The notes: generated by a model not told the origin, from the letters alone. A stretch of 64,000 bases of DNA from Octopus sinensis (GCF_006345805.1 NC_043006.1:101928001-101992000), one strand, 5' to 3'; shown: positions 11,482 to 24,310, counted from the stretch's first letter. Translations and numbers: made by a program.

Positions 11482-13337
11482 TTAAAACTACAATGATGAT
11501 GTGAAATAGGAATTGACGAATCTCCAGTAATTAGTTTCAAATTCAGTCATTATAATGTTAATAATTAACAAATTCAGTTAATTTGTTGTTGCCTATTTCT
11601 TCTGTATGAAGGAAATTAGTTCTAGAAAAAAATTTTCTTTATCTCAGAACAATGAAGATATTTCTCCCCCCCCTCTCTCTCTCTCACACACACACACAAA
11701 CACACATATGCACATACAGTATCTAAAGTAGCTGCAGAATTGCTGATCATTTACTTTCTTCAGACAACGAATCATTTTCCTTCCTATTCCAGTGTAATTA
11801 TATAAAACGCAGTACCAATCCTTGATCTCAACACAATTTCACTTTACACTGTCTTTGTAACTTATCTTAGCTAAATTAAGTAAATACCTACAAAAAAACA
11901 AAAAAAAACCAAGTATCCTATCTTAATTTCATGTAAAAACAAGCTAAAGATTATTAACAGACAGCATATTTTTAATGTGTGTGGACTGTTTATCACACAC
12001 ACATACATGCACATACTGACATGAAAATCTGAAAGTTGAACCAAAGTGTTCTCCTGAATTTGGCATTAGTATTGGTGTTAAACAGAGCTGTACTGATAAA
12101 AGCCAACCAGGAATCCAAAACTTGGAGTTAGCATTCATTACAAATACAATAGATTACTTTCCAACCAACAATGACTTAGATTGGAAAACCATACATCTCA
12201 GATAATTATGTTTGATAAATTTGTTCCATCGTTAAGTTCAATCTACAAGTCACCTCTAGTTATGCATTTGTTTACGCTTACAAGATGCTTGACCCAGCTG
12301 TCAGCTTACCAATGATGGACACTCTTACTTAATATCTACTCATAAAAGAAAGAGAACTTCTTCAAATTACACTCCAAGGTGAACTGGTCAAGCAGGTTTC
12401 ATCCTTCATCTCATCAGCTTTTTGTGTAACTTTTGCTCCCTCCTTACAAAGCATCCTCAACATCAAGAAAAGCCGATATATAAGTCAATGACCACGATGC
12501 TACCCAGCTCCCTGTTAGCAGTTTTACCCAGTTTGTTCAGTTTATTTATTTATTTATTTTGCCCTCATCTTCCTTCCTCTTTTTTTCATTTCTCGGAGCA
12601 TCATTGATTGTGAACTTCTTGTGTTGTACTTTTGTCCCCCCACCCACATGCTCTTATACATTTGTACCATTACACATACAAACACTCATTTACTTCTGTT
12701 TTATTCAATGTGGATATTTAGTATCCACACAAGTACTTATGTCACTGGGGTATGAATTTAAGGATTTTGTTGCATACTTTTACAATTGTGCCCCACCAAA
12801 TTTGTTTCCTCATAACTTTCAGAAAACTGGATATTTAAAAAAAAAATTTATTTACAAAGTTAGGGGGAAGCAAGCAAAGAAAAGAAGATGCCATGGCACA
12901 TACCAATTCATTTCTTTTATATTACATGAAATGCTTCATTAATTATAATATATGTAGTTGTAATCCACATTCATTAATTTCATGTTTTAGTGATAATGTC
13001 ATAATGTTTGAAACTTACAACCACTGATAAAGGTGTGACATAAAAAAGATGAAACTCCACAGGATCATCCAGTTTCAAGAGTTATGATATTGGGGTTTGT
13101 TTTAGTTCTTTAGATGTCAGCAGCCACCAACACATCACAGTATATTGAGCAGACAGTTCAAAAACACAAGAGGTTGGCCAAATAAAGTAATGACTCCAGA
13201 AGGTTCTTCCAAGGCCATGTTAACAAAAAAAAATGATGGAAAAACAAAAAATGATTCTACTTTCATCATGAAAGTGAACTGAAGAGTTAAAAAAAAATTG
13301 TTGCAAAGGTGCCAGTTTTGAAAAATGTGCTTGGAAA

Positions 13338-13737
13338 GAGCAATTACTCCCTTTGCTACAGTATTAGCTATGCCACCAAAGCACACAATATGTGTGTATG
13401 TATATGCATATGATGTCATTATTTCTTCAATATTTAATGCAAAATAGAAGAAACACAAGATGATGTCAAGTTTATTGCAGATTTTTAAATGTGTTCTGAT
13501 GTTTACTGTCCAGTAATTTCCTTGGTATATATACAAGATATTTTCTCAATTTGGCATATTTAATGCCTTTTATTTAATAAATAGTTTTATATATATATAT
13601 ATGACTGGAGTTGAGACTTGCTGGTTGGCCAGTGTAAATGCCCTAGCAAGTGAAGTTAGATTTATTTATAAACCTTGATAAAATACCATGCTGTCATGTG
13701 TTTAAATATTGATTCAATTTTAATGCTGTCCCTGTTG
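13338..13737 (+). repeat. 400-bp local duplication, copy 1
   Basis: Matches 16139-16538 at a constant offset of 2801 with two substitutions and no indels. Confidence 0.97.
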
Positions 13738-13994
13738 GAAGAATTTACCTCACAGCTGTAATATGAAATAAGCCGGATTTTTTTTCTGTTTTTGTTTTTT
13801 TTAAGTTGATAATTTAGCTGAGCTTGGTTATTTTCTTAAATATCGTGACTGAGTTTAAAGTTAATATCTATTTGAGTTAGGCTGCAATGCTGCTCTAGTC
13901 TTTCTTTTTTTGCAGTATATATGCACTATATACATTAATAGAAAGAGAGTAGTGAGCCCTCTCTACTAAGGTGCTAAATAGTGCCCCCCCCTTC

Positions 13995-14038
<44 letters not shown>

Positions 14039-14738
14039 CACATTTAAATAAAGAAAATTTGTTCATCAAAAAATACAGAACAATTACCTCCCTTAGATTT
14101 TTCTACTTGTTGAATCATTCATTCACTAACTTCTCCACACACAACATGGACTAAAATCTTCTTAAGAAAATAAGAAATTACAATAATTTCAGTGTCATGA
14201 TTTGCAAAAATGAAACAGGTCGACAAACACAATACTCTTTCACTTATAAAATATATTTTAAAATATTTCAAAAGTATGTAAACTGTGTGCATTTTCCTTC
14301 TTTTATTACATATATATTTATATACTCACACACACATACACACATATGTTCTTTTACTCTTTTACTTGTTTCAGCCATGTGGTCGTGGTCATACTGGAGT
14401 ACCATAAATATATTTTATTTATTAATTAATAATAGAATATAAGGATAAAAACCTTGTTAGTGATTTTTATGTGGTAGTCAGCATTATATAAATATTTATA
14501 GGCAATATAGACATTAAATCAATAATAATATACATATGTATATAATTATATTAAGGGAGCAAGAGTGAAAACAACCTATCTCCAGCATTTTTGAAGTGCT
14601 GATACCTTAAAAAAACTAGCAAAAATTCCAGATAAATATACACATGGCTGAAAGTGGGTTAGTGAAAGAATATTAAAATGTAGGTATCAGCATTTCATGC
14701 ATGCTGGAGAAAAGTCGTTTTTGCCCTTGTTTCCTTAA

Positions 14739-15120
14739 TCTTTATATATAAAAGTGAAGTTGTGTGTCTGTCTCCTACGATTTAGATTCCTAACTACTCC
14801 CACATTTTGCGGTGCAGACTATCTTATAGTCGTGATTCATATCGAGCCCTTCTGGGTATTAGCGCACATCTACGATGAGTCTACGATTTAAAAGAATTTA
14901 CCATAATTTTTTTCCATTTTAATGCATTTTTTCGCTATTATATAAGGGAAGTAACTCTCTAAAAATGTCTACAATGAGGCAACGATTTAAAAAAAAATTT
15001 ACCATAATTTTTTCCCCATTTTGAATGCATTTTTTTGCTATTTTTTGGCTATAACTCTCTAAAAATGCTTATATAGTTATTTCCCTTACAAACCTGAGCA
15101 ACGCCGGGCGATACTGCTAG
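14739..15120 (+). mobile_element. Non-autonomous Helitron
   Basis: A|TCtttatatataaaag 5' end; 3' hairpin cctgagcaacgccggg followed by CTAG|T; inserted at an A|T; internal ~100-bp tandem duplication (about 14868-15068). Confidence 0.85.
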
Positions 15121-15180
15121 TATAATTATATTCATGTGTATATTATTGTTAATTTGATATATATATATATTATCATCATC

Positions 15181-15429
15181 CTTGACTGGCTTCCGTGCAG
15201 GTGGCACGTAAAAAGCACCTACCAATCGTGGCCGTTGCCAGCCTCACATGGCACCTGTGCCGGTGGCACGTAAAAAGCACCCACTATACTCACAGAGTGG
15301 TTGGCATCAGGAAGAGCATCCAGCTGTAGAAACACTGCCAGATCAGACTGGAGCCTGGCTTCCCAGACCCCAGTCAAACTGTCCAACCCATGCTAGCATG
15401 GAAAACGGACGTTAAACGATGATGATGAT
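15181..15429 (+). mobile_element. (GAT)n-tailed hairpin-VNTR element, two units
   Basis: Two gtgccggtggcacgtaaaaagcacc-type units, ggaagagcatccagctgtagaaac, tail gttaaacgatgatgatgat. Confidence 0.9.
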
Positions 15430-15640
15430 CATCATCATCATCATCATTGCCATTTTACATTTGCTTTCTCTGCTGATATGGATTAGATCAGTAATTTCTG
15501 TCCTTCTAGATGGATCGGAGTACTATATCTTGTACATAAGTTTCATCTTTGGTTTGGTTTCTACAGTTGACTGCCCTTCTTAATACCAACCATTTTACAA
15601 AGTGTACTGGGTGCATTTTCTTTCTGGCATCAGCAGTGAA
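15430..15640 (-). mobile_element. Older (GAT)n-tailed element, tail-to-tail with the previous copy
   Basis: (cat)n..tttctacagttgactgcccttcttaataccaacc..ctgggtgcatttt. Confidence 0.75.
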
Positions 15641-16138
15641 GGGGGTGTGATGAGTGATGCAGAGCATATATATGAGGTGGATATATATATATATATATAT
15701 ATATATATGGTGAGAGTGAATAATGGTTATCAATATCAAATGTTCAGTTGAGTTTATATGTAGAGTGTATAAAGTAACTGCAGGTTCGATGAGATCCTTG
15801 AAGTACATGCCTCAATATTGTGAGAGATCTAGGATGATAAGAATGAGAGAAGGAGTGGATTACATATCCACCTCATTCTTTACATTACTCTTTCCTCTCA
15901 TTCCCTTAACTACTGGTGCCACAATAGACTGCATCCAGACACACACACACATGTAAGAATATACATTGGTAAGAAAACTAAATATATTCAGATGATAAAC
16001 ACATATGTAGAAGCATATAGATATTTATGTATATTGAGAAACAGATTTACTTTTACATGGATATAAAATATACAGAAAACTAAGAGGAGAACACATAGCT
16101 TTTTAATTCAACAGATGTTTCTGGGAGTTTGTAATTAT

Positions 16139-16538
16139 GAGCAATTACTCCCTTTGCTACAGTATTAGCTATGCCACCAAAGCACACAATATGTGTGTAT
16201 GTATATGGATATGATGTCATTATTTCTTCAATATTTAATGCAAAATAGAAGAAACACAAGATGATGTCAAGTTTATTGCAGATTTTTAAATGTGTTCTGA
16301 TGTTTACTGTCCAGTAATTTCCTTGGTATATATACAAGATATTTTCTCAATTTGGCATATTTAATGCCTTTTATTTAATAAATAGTTTTATATATATATA
16401 TATGACTGGAGTTGAGACTTGCTGGTTGGCCAGTGTAAATGCCCTAGCATGTGAAGTTAGATTTATTTATAAACCTTGATAAAATACCATGCTGTCATGT
16501 GTTTAAATATTGATTCAATTTTAATGCTGTCCCTGTTG
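16139..16538 (+). repeat. 400-bp local duplication, copy 2
   Basis: 398/400 identical to 13338-13737; bracketed by TTGTAAT at 16129-16135 and 16536-16542. Confidence 0.97.
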
Positions 16539-16707
16539 TAATGTTCATAATTAGCAGATAGAATGTGCAAAATGTCATGGATATGCAACCAGTAGATGGC
16601 TACACAGAGACATTACTGTAAGACTGGTTTCCTTCATCAGTGGGGAAAATTCGCCCAACAAACACATATTCAGATATGCACTCATAGGTTTTGATACTGG
16701 CTCCTTT

Positions 16708-16918
16708 TCAGCAACGTCACTAGTGCTGGCAGCATGAAAAGAGCACCCAATAAACACTGTAACGTGGTTGGGGGTTAGGGAAAGCATCCAGCCATAGAAA
16801 CCATACCAAAGCTAACACTGAAATTCAACATTGCCCTGCAGCTCTCCAGATCCTATTAAACCATCTAATCCATACCAGCATGGAGGGAAATACAGTAGTA
16901 GCAGTTGATGATGATGAT
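16708..16918 (+). mobile_element. Diverged (GAT)n-tailed element
   Basis: aaaagagcaccc..gttagggaaagcatccagccatagaaacc..ccagcatgga..gatgatgatg. Confidence 0.75.
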
Positions 16919-17572
16919 GTGCATATATACATATGCACAAATATATAAATATATCACTCTAAATAATCTATATTTCCATGTGGTGTGAGATGATGTTCCT
17001 ATGGCCTTCTACACACTAAATGGCTTTAGCTTTAGTTGAGTAAAAGCTTAATAACTATCAAACATGAGAACATTCAAAAATTTATTTCCAGATCTGGAGC
17101 TTTGACCAAACGAAGCACCTTTCCATCTCTTTCAATTCTACTGTCCATGTAATCATTTTTTTTTTTACTCAAATCTTTACGTTTCCATTTTCCTTACATG
17201 CCTACTACATGATTTTTTAAATTATTTATTTTCGTTTTTATTGAATGTTATTTTTACTCGTAGCTTGCAAGCTTATCTTCTCTTACAAATGTGTATTTCT
17301 CTGATGTAATGTTGATACAAATAACTGAGGCATGTTTTATGCAACATCAAACTGCATCAATAAAAATAATTGATACCTATACTCTGCTGGTGATTCAGTG
17401 ATTCCTCATATTGCACACCATACAGTTTGAACACACACACACACATACACATCACTGTCATAGGCTTCATTTTTTCCTACTTCTATTGTTGTTTACAATA
17501 GGGACTTCAAATGGCAAAAGAGCTTCATATTTTCTGTTTGCAGTTGTGCTCCCAGTTTCTCATTCTCAGTGA

Positions 17573-17890
17573 AGGTATATGGCTTAGTGGTTAGAGTATC
17601 CTACTCGCGTTCATAAGGTCATGAATTCAATTCCTGGAAGCATGTTGTATCCTTGAGCGAGACCCTTTATTTCACATTGCACCAGTTCACTCAGCTGACA
17701 AAAATGAGTGATACCTGTATTTCAGAGAACTAGGCTTGTCACATTTTGTGTCATGCTGAATCTTCCTGAGAACTATGTTAAGGGTATGTGTGTCTGTGGA
17801 GTACTCAATCAGTTGCACGTTAATTTCATGAGCAGTTTGTTTGATTGATCAGATCAACTCGAAACCTCGTCATTGTATCCGATGGAGAGC
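17573..17890 (+). mobile_element. tRNA-derived SINE, family R, body type 1, near full length
   Basis: tggcttagtggttagag..gaattcaattcc (boxes A and B), tccttgagcgagacc, 3' segment cacgttaatttcatgagca..cctcgtcattgtatccgatgga. Confidence 0.85.
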
Positions 17891-17901
17891 TAGTTTCTCT
17901 C

Positions 17902-17959
<58 letters not shown>

Positions 17960-18094
17960 ATACACAAGACATACATGTAGCACATATTTTTTTTAAGGAA
18001 TGAAAAGAGAGGAAATAAATCTTATTACAAATTAAGATGCGTTAATTATTCCTCGGTTTCAGACACACACATATATGTATACCAATCAGAGAGA

Positions 18095-18806
18095 CATCAT
18101 CATCATCATCATCATCGTTTAGCGTCCGTTTTCCATGCTAGCATGGGTTGGACGGGTCAACTGGGGTCTGTGAAGCTGGAAGGCTTCGTCAGGCCCAGTC
18201 AGATCTGGCAGTGTTTCTACGGCTGGATGCCCTTTTTTTACGTGCCACCTGCACAGGTGCCAGACAGAGCTGGCGAACGGCCACGAACGGATGGTGCTTT
18301 TACGTGTCACCGGCACGGGGCCAGGCGATGCTGGCAACGGACACGAACGGATGGTGCTTTTACGTGCCACCAACACGGGGCCAAACAGAGCTGGCAACCG
18401 GCCACGAACGGACGGTGCTTTTACGTGTCACCGGCACGGGGGCCAGCCGAGGCTGGCAACGGACGCGAACGGATGGTGCTTTTACGTGCCACCGACACGG
18501 TTGCCAGACAGAGCTGGCAAACGGCCACGAGCGGACGGTGCTTTTACATGTCACCGGCACGGGGGCCAGCCGAGGCTGGCAACGGACACGGATGGATGGT
18601 GCTTTTACGTGCCACCGACACGGGGCCAGACAGAGCTGGCAAACGGCCACGAACGGATGGTGCTTTTACGTGTCACCGGCACGGGGGCCAGCCGAGGCTG
18701 GCAACGGACGCGAACAGATGGTGCTTTTACGTGCCACCAACACGGTTGCCAGACAGAGCTGGCAAACGGCCACGAGCGGACGGTGCTTTTACGTGTCACC
18801 AGCACG
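18095..18806 (-). mobile_element. (GAT)n-tailed element with an expanded ~61-bp hairpin VNTR (9 full units plus a partial one, 18236-18806)
   Basis: (cat)n tail and family body at 18095-18235, then alternating units ttttacgtgccacc..cagacagagctggc.. and ttttacgtgtcacc..cagccgaggctggc.. Confidence 0.92.
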
Positions 18807-19396
18807 AGAGAGGACAGAGAGAGGAAAAGAGAGAACAAGTGAAAGCAATGTAGAGAGAGTTTGTGTAAGACAAAGCTGAAAGAGGGTGAGTGAGAAGGGG
18901 TGAAAAGGACAAAGGTACATGAAGAATTCCAGAGACAGACAGACAGCTGGAAAAACTGAGAAAATCTTCAATCAGCCTGTCTTTTTCATTGTTTTCCTTC
19001 ACAATAAATAATGAAGATTTTGTCTCATCATACCAAAATAAATTATGATATCAATACTTCTTGATAGATATATATATATGAAATATGTAAAATATATGAA
19101 ATATGAATTAGAGATAAAACCACTATTATGCAATATATATATGCATGCACACATATGCATATATTAGATCTGAATGTTTCACAGATTTATTAGTTGTATT
19201 TTTTGCTTCTTTTTTCTGTTTTTTTTTAAGATTGTTGCTGCATATGAAAATATTTCTTATCACTCCCTACCACCTTAGTACTCTCTTCTTTCTTCAGCAA
19301 AGAGAGAGGGAGAGAGAAAAGTGTGTGTGTGTGTGTGCATACACATATATCAGATGTGGGGAGGAAATCTAAACAGAAAAAAATTGAGATAAATAA

Positions 19397-19612
19397 TTCT
19401 TTACTACTCTAGGCACAGGGTCCGAAATTTTGGGGGAGGCAGCCAGTCGATTAGATCAAGCCCAGTACACAACTGGTACTTAATTTATTGACCCCGAAAG
19501 GATGAAAGGCAAAGTCGACCTCGGCGGAATTTGAACTCAGAACGTAAATACAGACTACATACCACTAAGCATTTCACCCGGCATGCTAACGTTTCTGCCA
19601 GCACACTGCCTT
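19397..19612 (-). mobile_element. Family M SINE
   Basis: ttattgaccccgaaaggatgaaaggcaaagtcgacctcggcggaatttgaactcagaacg..tttctgccagc; retains CpGs. Confidence 0.9.
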
Positions 19613-19636
19613 TGAGGTAAATAACTGATACATATA

Positions 19637-19708
19637 TCATCATCATCATCATCATCGTTTAACGTCCGTTTTCCACGCTAGCACGGGTTGGACAGTTCGA
19701 CCGGGGCC
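19637..19708 (-). mobile_element. Very short 3' tip of the (GAT)n-tailed element
   Basis: (cat)n-cgtttaacgtccgttttccacgctagcacgggttggac. Confidence 0.8.
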
Positions 19709-19835
19709 TGTGGTCAGCAACCTGTGAGTCATCAATTATTTCAGTAATGAATCTGGCATACTGCTAGTGGTGCATTAGAGCTCAGTTCTTAGGCACCACT
19801 TGTTTATTACAGTCTTGTATGCCAAATCAGGTGAT

Positions 19836-20065
19836 TTACTCTTTTGACACCAAACTGCCCGAGGTCATTCTTGATCCTATGACATAAACTTCCCATTTTA
19901 AAACGATCTAAATTAAAAACCTCCATCAAAATTTCTCATTAATTTATGTTCAATATTTCAGCTTAATTATGGCAATGTTATTTCATTAAGTTCTTCATTC
20001 TTTTCAAAGTTAAATTGAAATGAAGGTAGTGTATTTCAACAGAAATATGGTAAGAAAAGGTTTTA
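19836..20065. mobile_element. Degenerate piggyBac-like MITE
   Basis: Decayed ends ttactcttttgacacca / ggtaagaaaaggtttta resemble TTAA-CCCTTT termini; the interior resembles a repeat I recall from octopus DNA (unverified). Confidence 0.4.
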
Positions 20066-20099
20066 GATTCACTATCTATGGAAACTTCTCTATGCTGAT

Positions 20100-20800
20100 G
20101 ATTTACTTCTTATAACTGATCCTGTAGGAAATTTAGATAATTCCAAAAGTGAAAGTAAAGCCTTGAATCAAGAGGCTTTACATTAAAACTTAACAAAGCT
20201 CAAACATTTAGTGAGTAAGAAAGAAGACAAAACCTTGCTACCACCAGGGAAACGGAGTAGGTAGAAATCTACTGTGATATACTTAGTGTTGACTAAGGAT
20301 GCACAAGTATAGGAATTATAGCAGATTTATTAGGAAGGTATCATTCATATGTGGCAAATGCACAGTAAGAGTTATACAAAATCTTGTCAGGCTCACTGGA
20401 AGTAGTTAATAGTTAGGGTTATTATTTAGGTTGCCTCATTAGCTGTGGAGAAGAGTATTCCAAAAGCATAGTAACCAAAGAACAGGAGATGCAGCTTCTT
20501 CTTTCAAAACTGATTTCTCTCTGAGAGTGAAGGGAATATTTTATGATGTTAGTGAAGACATAGACATTGAATAGAGAAGATTTACAATGAATTGAAAGAA
20601 ATGATGCAAACATGCTCTGCTGGAGGTGTAAAGTTTGTGTGCTTGAATGACAGAGCACAAATAAGGTTAGACAAAAGCTGTATTTAAGAAGAGTCCTAAA
20701 CAGAGGAGTTGGTGCCGGTCTGGACAGGGGAGGTAAATGGGTGATGTCAGTGTTTAAAGCTGTGCCAAACACTTGAAAGAAGGCAGACACCTAAGAGAAC
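20100..20800 (-). pseudogene. Highly decayed CR1/Jockey-group LINE fragment
   Basis: Only scattered motifs (IISFNS, YSSPQL, FWNYL) in different frames. Confidence 0.3.
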
Positions 20801-20930
20801 TTGAGATGAAGTGGCAAAGACTGACTTAAGCATTCAATGTTGGGAAAATAAATCCATCAGTATAAGTATAACAAAACAGTAACAGTCATTAACATAGTGG
20901 TAGTGATGATGGTGGAGGTTGGAGATATAT

Positions 20931-21316
20931 TGGATGGAAGCACTCCGTCGGTTACGACGACGAGGGTTCCGGTTGATCCGAATCAACGGAACAGCCTGCT
21001 CATGAAATTAACGTGTAAGTGGCTGAGCACTCCACAGACACGTGTACCCTTAACGTAGTTCTCGGGGATATTCAGCGTGACACAGAGACTGACAAGGCCG
21101 GCCCTTTGAAATACAGGTACAACAGAAACAGGAAGAAAGAGTGAGAGAAAGTTGTGGTGAAAGAGTACAGCAGGGATGCCCCCCCCCTGCCGGAGCCTCA
21201 TGGAGCTTTAGGTATTTTCGCTCAATAAACACTCACAACGCCCGGTCTGGGAATTGAAACCGCGATCCTACGACCGCGAGTCCGCTGCCCTAACCACTGG
21301 GCCATTGCGCCTCCAC
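20931..21316 (-). mobile_element. Young full-length tRNA-Arg-like SINE, family R, body type 2, with 14-bp TSD
   Basis: Head ggcgcaatggcccagtggttagggcagcggactcgcggtcgtaggatcgcggtttcaattccc; CpG-rich; TSD ggttggagatatat (20917-20930) / ggttgaagatatat (21317-21330). Confidence 0.92.
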
Positions 21317-22214
21317 GGTTGAAGATATATATCTGTTATATCATTGGGTCTCTCACCTAGAATACTTTCATTTTCAGTCTCCTGCTCTTATTGTTACCCT
21401 CTCATCTATTATACCTTATCTACAAGATGCAGTCAAGAAATTTTCAGTACCATTACACACCTCCCGTGCTATCCATCACACAGAATTTACTATCATGACA
21501 TCATAAGCAAGTGTCTTCTAGAATAGTCCTTGGCCAAGAAATGCTTTTTAAGTGAATTTAGTTGCTGGCAACTATTTGAAGCCTACTGTGTGTGTGTGTG
21601 TAGGTGGGTACGCACATGTGTTGTGGTTGTTCAACCCAAAATACTATGCATTTCTACTAACAAACACACCACACACAATCAAGCCATGACAGTATTTTTC
21701 CCCTCCATGAATTTTGTTTATCTAGTTATATTATCCAATATGTTGTTTCTTCAAAAACTCCATAAGACCATAAAATTGTGGTGTGAAGAATATTTGGCTG
21801 CTACTTCTAGTAAATCAAGTTCACATGTAGAGGCTCCCTTGATGGCTCAGTTTTCATGCTTATATCCCTCCAGTTCAAATATCTTGAAGATATTTCAAGT
21901 CTAAGTTGTCTTGAAATGTCAACAGGTGTACACTTCCTCTGTCTCAGACTTATCTAACAAAACAGAAGTCTTGTGTGTTTCTACTCTTTGCATCATCATT
22001 TTAATGTCTACTTTTTCATGTTTGCATGGGTCACCTGAGAACACATTGCAGAAGTGTTTTCTACAACCATATATCTTTGCTGATACTAAATTTAAACTTG
22101 GTTTCCAAGCAGAGTAACAGTCCGCAGTCTAATAAACAGCAAAGAGATTGGAATGTTATGCAAACAAATAGAAACAAATGCCCCTTTATGAATGTAACTT
22201 TTGTTTACAAGTTA

Positions 22215-22368
22215 GCACAAGCATGACTGTGCGGTAAGAAGTTTGTTTTTCAACCACATGGTTCTGGGTTCAGAACCACTGCATGGCACTTTGAGCAGGT
22301 GTCTTTTATTATATCCTTGGGCTGACCAAAGCCTTGTAAGTTGATTTAGTAAGTGAAAGAAGCTTATC

Positions 22369-22412
<44 letters not shown>

Positions 22413-22602
22413 ACCCATCACTTCTTGACAAGTGGTAATGGTGTGCTCACATACCAGTACCTTGGAAAAGAGACCAATAGAATAAGAAGTACCAAGCTTA
22501 AAAAATGTGTTCCATGGTCAATTTCTTCAACTAAAATTCTCTCAAGGCAGTGCCCCAGCAAGGCAGCTGTCTAATCAGTGAGACAGATGAAAGAAATAAG
22601 AG
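22215..22602 (+). mobile_element. Family C SINE, diverged, tail T1
   Basis: tgactgtgcggtaagaag..ggttcagaacc..ctttgagcagg, internal (GT)n, gagaccaatagaataag..gtgccccagca. Confidence 0.8.
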
Positions 22603-23428
22603 ACATGGAGATGAAAAAAGTATGAGTTCATGCACATGAGCTTACATACAAACATACACATGTATTAGGATGAAAAAAATACAAACTCATGCGCTCACAC
22701 ACACACACACGTGTGTATAATGGTCTTCTTTCAGTTTCCTTCCAGGGCTATAGTAGAAGACTCTTGCACAATGAATTCTGCACTGGGGCTTCTCCTGAAA
22801 CTATGGAAACTATGTGGTCATATATCAGAATTCTGCACTACATAGCTATGTCTGTGTGTCTTTTTCCTATTACATCCTTCAATTTTCCACTATAATTAAT
22901 GCAATTATTGAATTGAATCAAATCATACAGTTGTGCAGGTTTGGAATGCAATATATTTACCATTTCCTTGTGTTCCTTTCTTCGTTCCTATCATCTCATT
23001 TGAGAGGCTGAATCATCTGAAAGGCTTCAATGTTACTACCTTAGTTTGGGTCTTTGAAATATTGTTGTTAAAGAAAAAAAAGTCTTGTCATCATTATCAA
23101 TGATGATGATGATGGTGGTGGTGGTGGTGGTGTGAGTGTGGATATGGCAATATGGTGATCATGGTATGACCGTGCTGGAATGGTGTAGGGCGTATCGATA
23201 ATGATGATGGTTGGAGATGGTGATGTAAGTAAGAAGTAAATTATAGGTTACCAAAGCAGGCATCACTGAACTGTTGAAATCAGCTAGACATTCAAGCCAT
23301 CCATCAGAACAGAGAAAGAAACTTTGACATGAAAACTAATTTGCATCTAAGTATGTGTGTATGTATATGTGTATGAATGTGTATATGTGTGATTGTGTCA
23401 TTGTGTGTGTATGTGTATCAGCAGTGTG

Positions 23429-23459
<31 letters not shown>

Positions 23460-24125
23460 ATGGGTGTGTATGTGTGTATGGACAGGAGGAAAGCATATAT
23501 ATGTGAGTGCATGGGTGTTTTTATTTAAAAGTATGTCATATATTTGTATATACAAAGCATGTACAAAACCGTACTTTGTATGTGTGGTTAGATGTGAGTC
23601 TAACCAGTGATGTGAATGTCACTATATTAGCTATTCATGAGAGTGAGCGCATAAGATCAGATACGAAGGAGTTCTATATATATTTATACATACATTAGTG
23701 TTGATATATATATATATATATATATAAGTATATAGAGAGATACAGGTATTTATATTGCATTGATGTATATAGGAGCATTATTGTGCAAACAATCTATGTG
23801 TATACCATTGTATACTTCTTAATGTACATGAACATATGTATATAAGAGAGAGAGAGAGTGTGTTGTTTTTCAATAGTTCTGTTGCTGACAAGTTATTCAG
23901 TCAACAGTAAACAAAGACTATGAAAGTAATTAATCATTTGAGAGAAAACTACATATCTGACATCTTTCATTCTCAGCATTTCAAATGGTGGTACTTCTTT
24001 TGCCTTTTCTTTTGTGTGTGTTTGTGTGTGTTTTGTATTCTGACTCTTTTCCTTTAATTTTTAATACACAATTTATAACTTCTAATGTAAAATTGATGTA
24101 TCTCTCAGGGGAAAATTTTGTCTAC

Positions 24126-24138
24126 TTATCTATCTATC

Positions 24139-24222
<84 letters not shown>

Positions 24223-24310
24223 GTCTGTCTATTCATCTGGCTACCATCCATTCATTTGTCTATCTGTCTATCTATCTGTCTGTCTGTCTATCTATCTATT
24301 TATCTATCTC
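24126..24310. repeat. (TCTA)n/(TCTG)n tetranucleotide array
   Basis: Direct reading of the sequence. Confidence 0.95.

Noticed and set aside
13338-16538. LTR retrotransposon with 400-bp LTRs
   Set aside because: No TG...CA ends, PBS, polypurine tract, gag/pol remnants or TSD around the whole unit
18236-18806. CRISPR-like array
   Set aside because: There are no unique spacers because whole units are homologous, there are no cas genes, and the context is eukaryotic. The same applies to the 38-bp array at 38600-39064
18143-18879. Three overlapping long ORFs (236, 243 and 183 aa)
   Set aside because: They arise from a GC-rich tandem repeat with few stop codons inside a retroposed element; no protein domain is recognisable
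21240-21316. tRNA-Arg gene
   Set aside because: It lacks a proper acceptor stem and continues into a SINE body bounded by a 14-bp TSD
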